DNA of 64,000 nucleotides from Escherichia coli (GTDB lineage Bacteria; Pseudomonadota; Gammaproteobacteria; Enterobacterales; Enterobacteriaceae): NCBI RefSeq assembly GCF_044324785.1, contig NZ_CP172127.1; one strand, 5' to 3'. Shown piece by piece: positions 61,632 to 64,000 of this stretch (position 1 is its first letter; each line of letters starts with the position of its first letter). The notes under the pieces were generated by a model. It saw only the letters and a program-made list of their open reading frames with translations, ran no database searches and was not told where the DNA came from. The position numbers and the translations under genes were made by a program.

Positions 61632-64000
61632 ATGAATAAGAATATACGAATTTTACAATTTCTGGTCAGTATACTTTATTCTGTGCAGTCTCATTTTTCT
61701 GGTGCGCAAACAATACAACTGAATGGTAATGGTATACCTGAAAGTATAACCAGGAGTATTACAGGTGTTGATGGAAACGCGGCGCTTAATATCAGCGTGC
61801 CGTATAAAACAAGTTATACTCAAAATATACTATCTGTTGAAAGCAGTATTAACATCAAAGGAGGAACAAGCAATACATCAATCGGTGGTGCAGGTGTCTA
61901 CGGTGAAAACTTTACGCTAAATAATAATGGTAGTGTTTGGGGAGGAGATGGATATAATGGTGGAATTGCTGTTAGTGGCAACAAAATATCTATAAACAAT
62001 TACAGAAATGTATATGGGGGTAATGGTCTTGGTGGCTCAGGAAGTAGCGGAGGTGCAGGGTTAAGCGGGGATGATATTATAGTTGATAATTACAGAAGTA
62101 TATACGGAGGTGATGATGTAGGTGGGACAGGTGGTTCCGGTGTAACCGGTAGCAATATTACAGTGCATAATTCCGGAGGAATATTGGGCGGTAATGGCGT
62201 AAACGGTGGTGATGGTATTAATGGTAGTAATCTTTTCATTACTAACGACAACATGATATCTGGAGGATATGGAATAAAACAAGGGGGAGATGCTATTTCT
62301 GGAAATCAAATCACTTTGAATAATAACGGTATTGTTCAGGGGGGATATGGCCCCGACGGTGGTTGCTCTGTTTATGGAGAAGATATCCATATTAATAATC
62401 ATGGTAATCTTTCAGGATTATATAATAGCCAAAAAGATGCTTATAATACATCAATAATTTTTTCTGGCGGGTATAATTCATTAGATATTTATTCAGATTC
62501 TGTGATTAATGGTGATATTAAACTAGCTAGTATACCTGTTAATGGTACAAATGAATTAATTATTAAAAACATCAATAACGCAACAGCAATTAATGGTGGG
62601 CTAATGATTGGGAATGGCTCATCTGTTTATCTGTCAGGCAAGAACTCCATTTTTAACGGAAATATAAGTATTGATGAAGACGCATCTATGAACCTGTCTG
62701 TAGGAAATGCTAATGTTCACGCAAATACTATTACATTAAAAAGTGATTCATGGCTTAATATAGACACATCAATTAAGAACTGGACTCAGGACTATTACAC
62801 ATTATTGTCGTCAGACACAGGTATCTCGATCGCTGATAATAGTCACATTGTACAATACAATGTATTACTGACAGAAGGTGCTGAAAGTTATGTTTATACG
62901 TCTTTAAATGACGACGATAACAAACTGATATCCATGCTGAGATGGAATAATACAAAAGGGATGGGATATGGAACCTTTAATATAGAAAAAGATGCCACTC
63001 TGAACATAGGCGTTTCTCTTTCCGATAATCTTTCACCTTTATTATATGATGGCTGGGACGGCAAAAGTCTGACAAAATCAGGTAATGGTACTCTTATACT
63101 TTCTGCAACAAACAATTATACAGGAAATACAGAGGTTAAATCTGGCGTATTAATTCTTGCTGCACCTGATGCTCTTGGTCGGACTGAGTATTTATATTTA
63201 TCCCGTGGCGCAGAACTGGATATGAATGGGTATCCTCAGACAATAAGCAAACTACTGACGGCTGCAGGCTCTGTGCTGAACATTCATGGCGGAAGTCTGA
63301 TACTGAATAATGGAGGAGAATCTGCAGGTACTATTGCAGGGGATGGTTCTCTGAACATAAATGGGGGAATGCTTGATATAACGGGTAATAATCGTAATTT
63401 TTCCGGTGTTTTTACCGTGAATAAGGGGGCTCATTTGGCTGTATCCACGGCTGATAATCTGGGGACAGCCTTTGTTGATAACTATGGCACATTAACTCTG
63501 AACAGTACATCAGCATGGCAGCTTACCAACAATATCAGTGGTTATGGTAATGTTCGCAAGACGGGAGCAGGTGCACTGAACATTAGCGATAACGCAAAAT
63601 GGACCGGGATGACAGATATTATTCAGGGGACAGTGATACTGGGGAACGCAGATTCACCGGTGATGCTCGGCAGTAACCAGGTCATTGTTGAAGAGCAGGG
63701 CAAACTCTCCGGGTTTGGGGGCGTTGCAGGAAATCTGAGCAATAGTGGTATAGTCGATCTCACTACATATATGCCGGGTAATATACTGACTGTCGGAGGG
63801 AATTACACTGGCAGAAATGGACTTATTCTCCTCCAGACAGAAACAGGTGGTGACAATTCGAAAACAGATCGTCTGGTGATTAAAGGTAATGCCAGTGGCC
63901 GTACCCGTGTCGCTGTTACTCAGGCCGGTGGTACTGGTGCAGAGACACTTAATGGGATTGAAGTGATTCACGTCAGTGGCAATGCTGATAATGCTGAATT
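61632..64000 (+). CDS. Conventional (type Va) autotransporter adhesin, N-terminal passenger; 3' end beyond window
   Basis: Open frame from ATG 61632 to the window end; signal peptide MNKNIRILQFLVSILYSVQSHFSGA; Gly-rich repeats and autotransporter beta-strand repeats (GNGTLILSATNNYTGNTEVKSGVLIL). Confidence 0.8.
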   Translation, partial: MNKNIRILQFLVSILYSVQSHFSGAQTIQLNGNGIPESITRSITGVDGNAALNISVPYKTSYTQNILSVESSINIKGGTSNTSIGGAGVYGENFTLNNNGSVWGGDGYNGGIAVSGNKISINNYRNVYGGNGLGGSGSSGGAGLSGDDIIVDNYRSIYGGDDVGGTGGSGVTGSNITVHNSGGILGGNGVNGGDGINGSNLFITNDNMISGGYGIKQGGDAISGNQITLNNNGIVQGGYGPDGGCSVYGEDIHINNHGNLSGLYNSQKDAYNTSIIFSGGYNSLDIYSDSVINGDIKLASIPVNGTNELIIKNINNATAINGGLMIGNGSSVYLSGKNSIFNGNISIDEDASMNLSVGNANVHANTITLKSDSWLNIDTSIKNWTQDYYTLLSSDTGISIADNSHIVQYNVLLTEGAESYVYTSLNDDDNKLISMLRWNNTKGMGYGTFNIEKDATLNIGVSLSDNLSPLLYDGWDGKSLTKSGNGTLILSATNNYTGNTEVKSGVLILAAPDALGRTEYLYLSRGAELDMNGYPQTISKLLTAAGSVLNIHGGSLILNNGGESAGTIAGDGSLNINGGMLDITGNNRNFSGVFTVNKGAHLAVSTADNLGTAFVDNYGTLTLNSTSAWQLTNNISGYGNVRKTGAGALNISDNAKWTGMTDIIQGTVILGNADSPVMLGSNQVIVEEQGKLSGFGGVAGNLSNSGIVDLTTYMPGNILTVGGNYTGRNGLILLQTETGGDNSKTDRLVIKGNASGRTRVAVTQAGGTGAETLNGIEVIHVSGNADNAE

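Noticed and set aside
62061-63971. Several minus-strand ORFs (62061-62402, 62773-62955, 62894-63115, 63252-63434, 63654-63971)
   Set aside because: All lie antisense within the long open autotransporter passenger frame, which has clear protein features; they are shadow ORFs.

Overview
This 64 kb window reads as a mosaic, horizontally acquired Escherichia/Shigella-type genomic island rather than core chromosome. The anchor is a P4-type tyrosine integrase (10869-12131, minus) lying just downstream of a 19-bp copy of the tRNA-Phe 3' end (12329-12347) and a terminator hairpin, with no tRNA body upstream, so this looks like an internal att junction between two island modules. To its right (12.6-21 kb, minus strand) is a CP4-like backbone: ParDE and CbtA/CbeA toxin-antitoxin pairs, a YeeT-like pseudogene, RadC-like and antirestriction genes, DUF932, a YfjR-like regulator and a YeeP/YfjP-type GTPase. 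Next comes a variable cargo stretch (21-25 kb) with two convergent genes I cannot assign, iteron-like repeats and a small DNA-binding-like protein. A plus-strand module (25.6-32.4 kb) carries YagK/YfjJ (Gp2-like) paralogs, a P-loop YfjI-like protein, AlpA and an unannotated 30-aa Cys-rich ORF. Metabolic and surface cargo follows: a LacI-regulated ascorbate-type PTS with split transketolase, a trimeric autotransporter with an in-frame (CAGGCT)7 repeat, an MliC-like protein, nanE with a PTS EIICB and RpiR regulator, a phytase-like protein, ugpB, a TonB-dependent haem receptor, and the start of a large autotransporter running off the window end. IS debris is everywhere: an intact 1331-bp IS2 without a target duplication, ISL3, IS3-family, IS21, IS110 and nested IS66 copies, several with nonsense or frameshift lesions. 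No CRISPR array, rRNA or complete tRNA gene was seen. My best candidates for an undescribed system are the convergent gene pair at 21035-22863 next to the GTPase, the overlapping Cys-rich paralog pair at 1763-2574, and the IS-flanked orphan gene at 3958-4659. All family calls are from reading motifs by eye; no database search was run.
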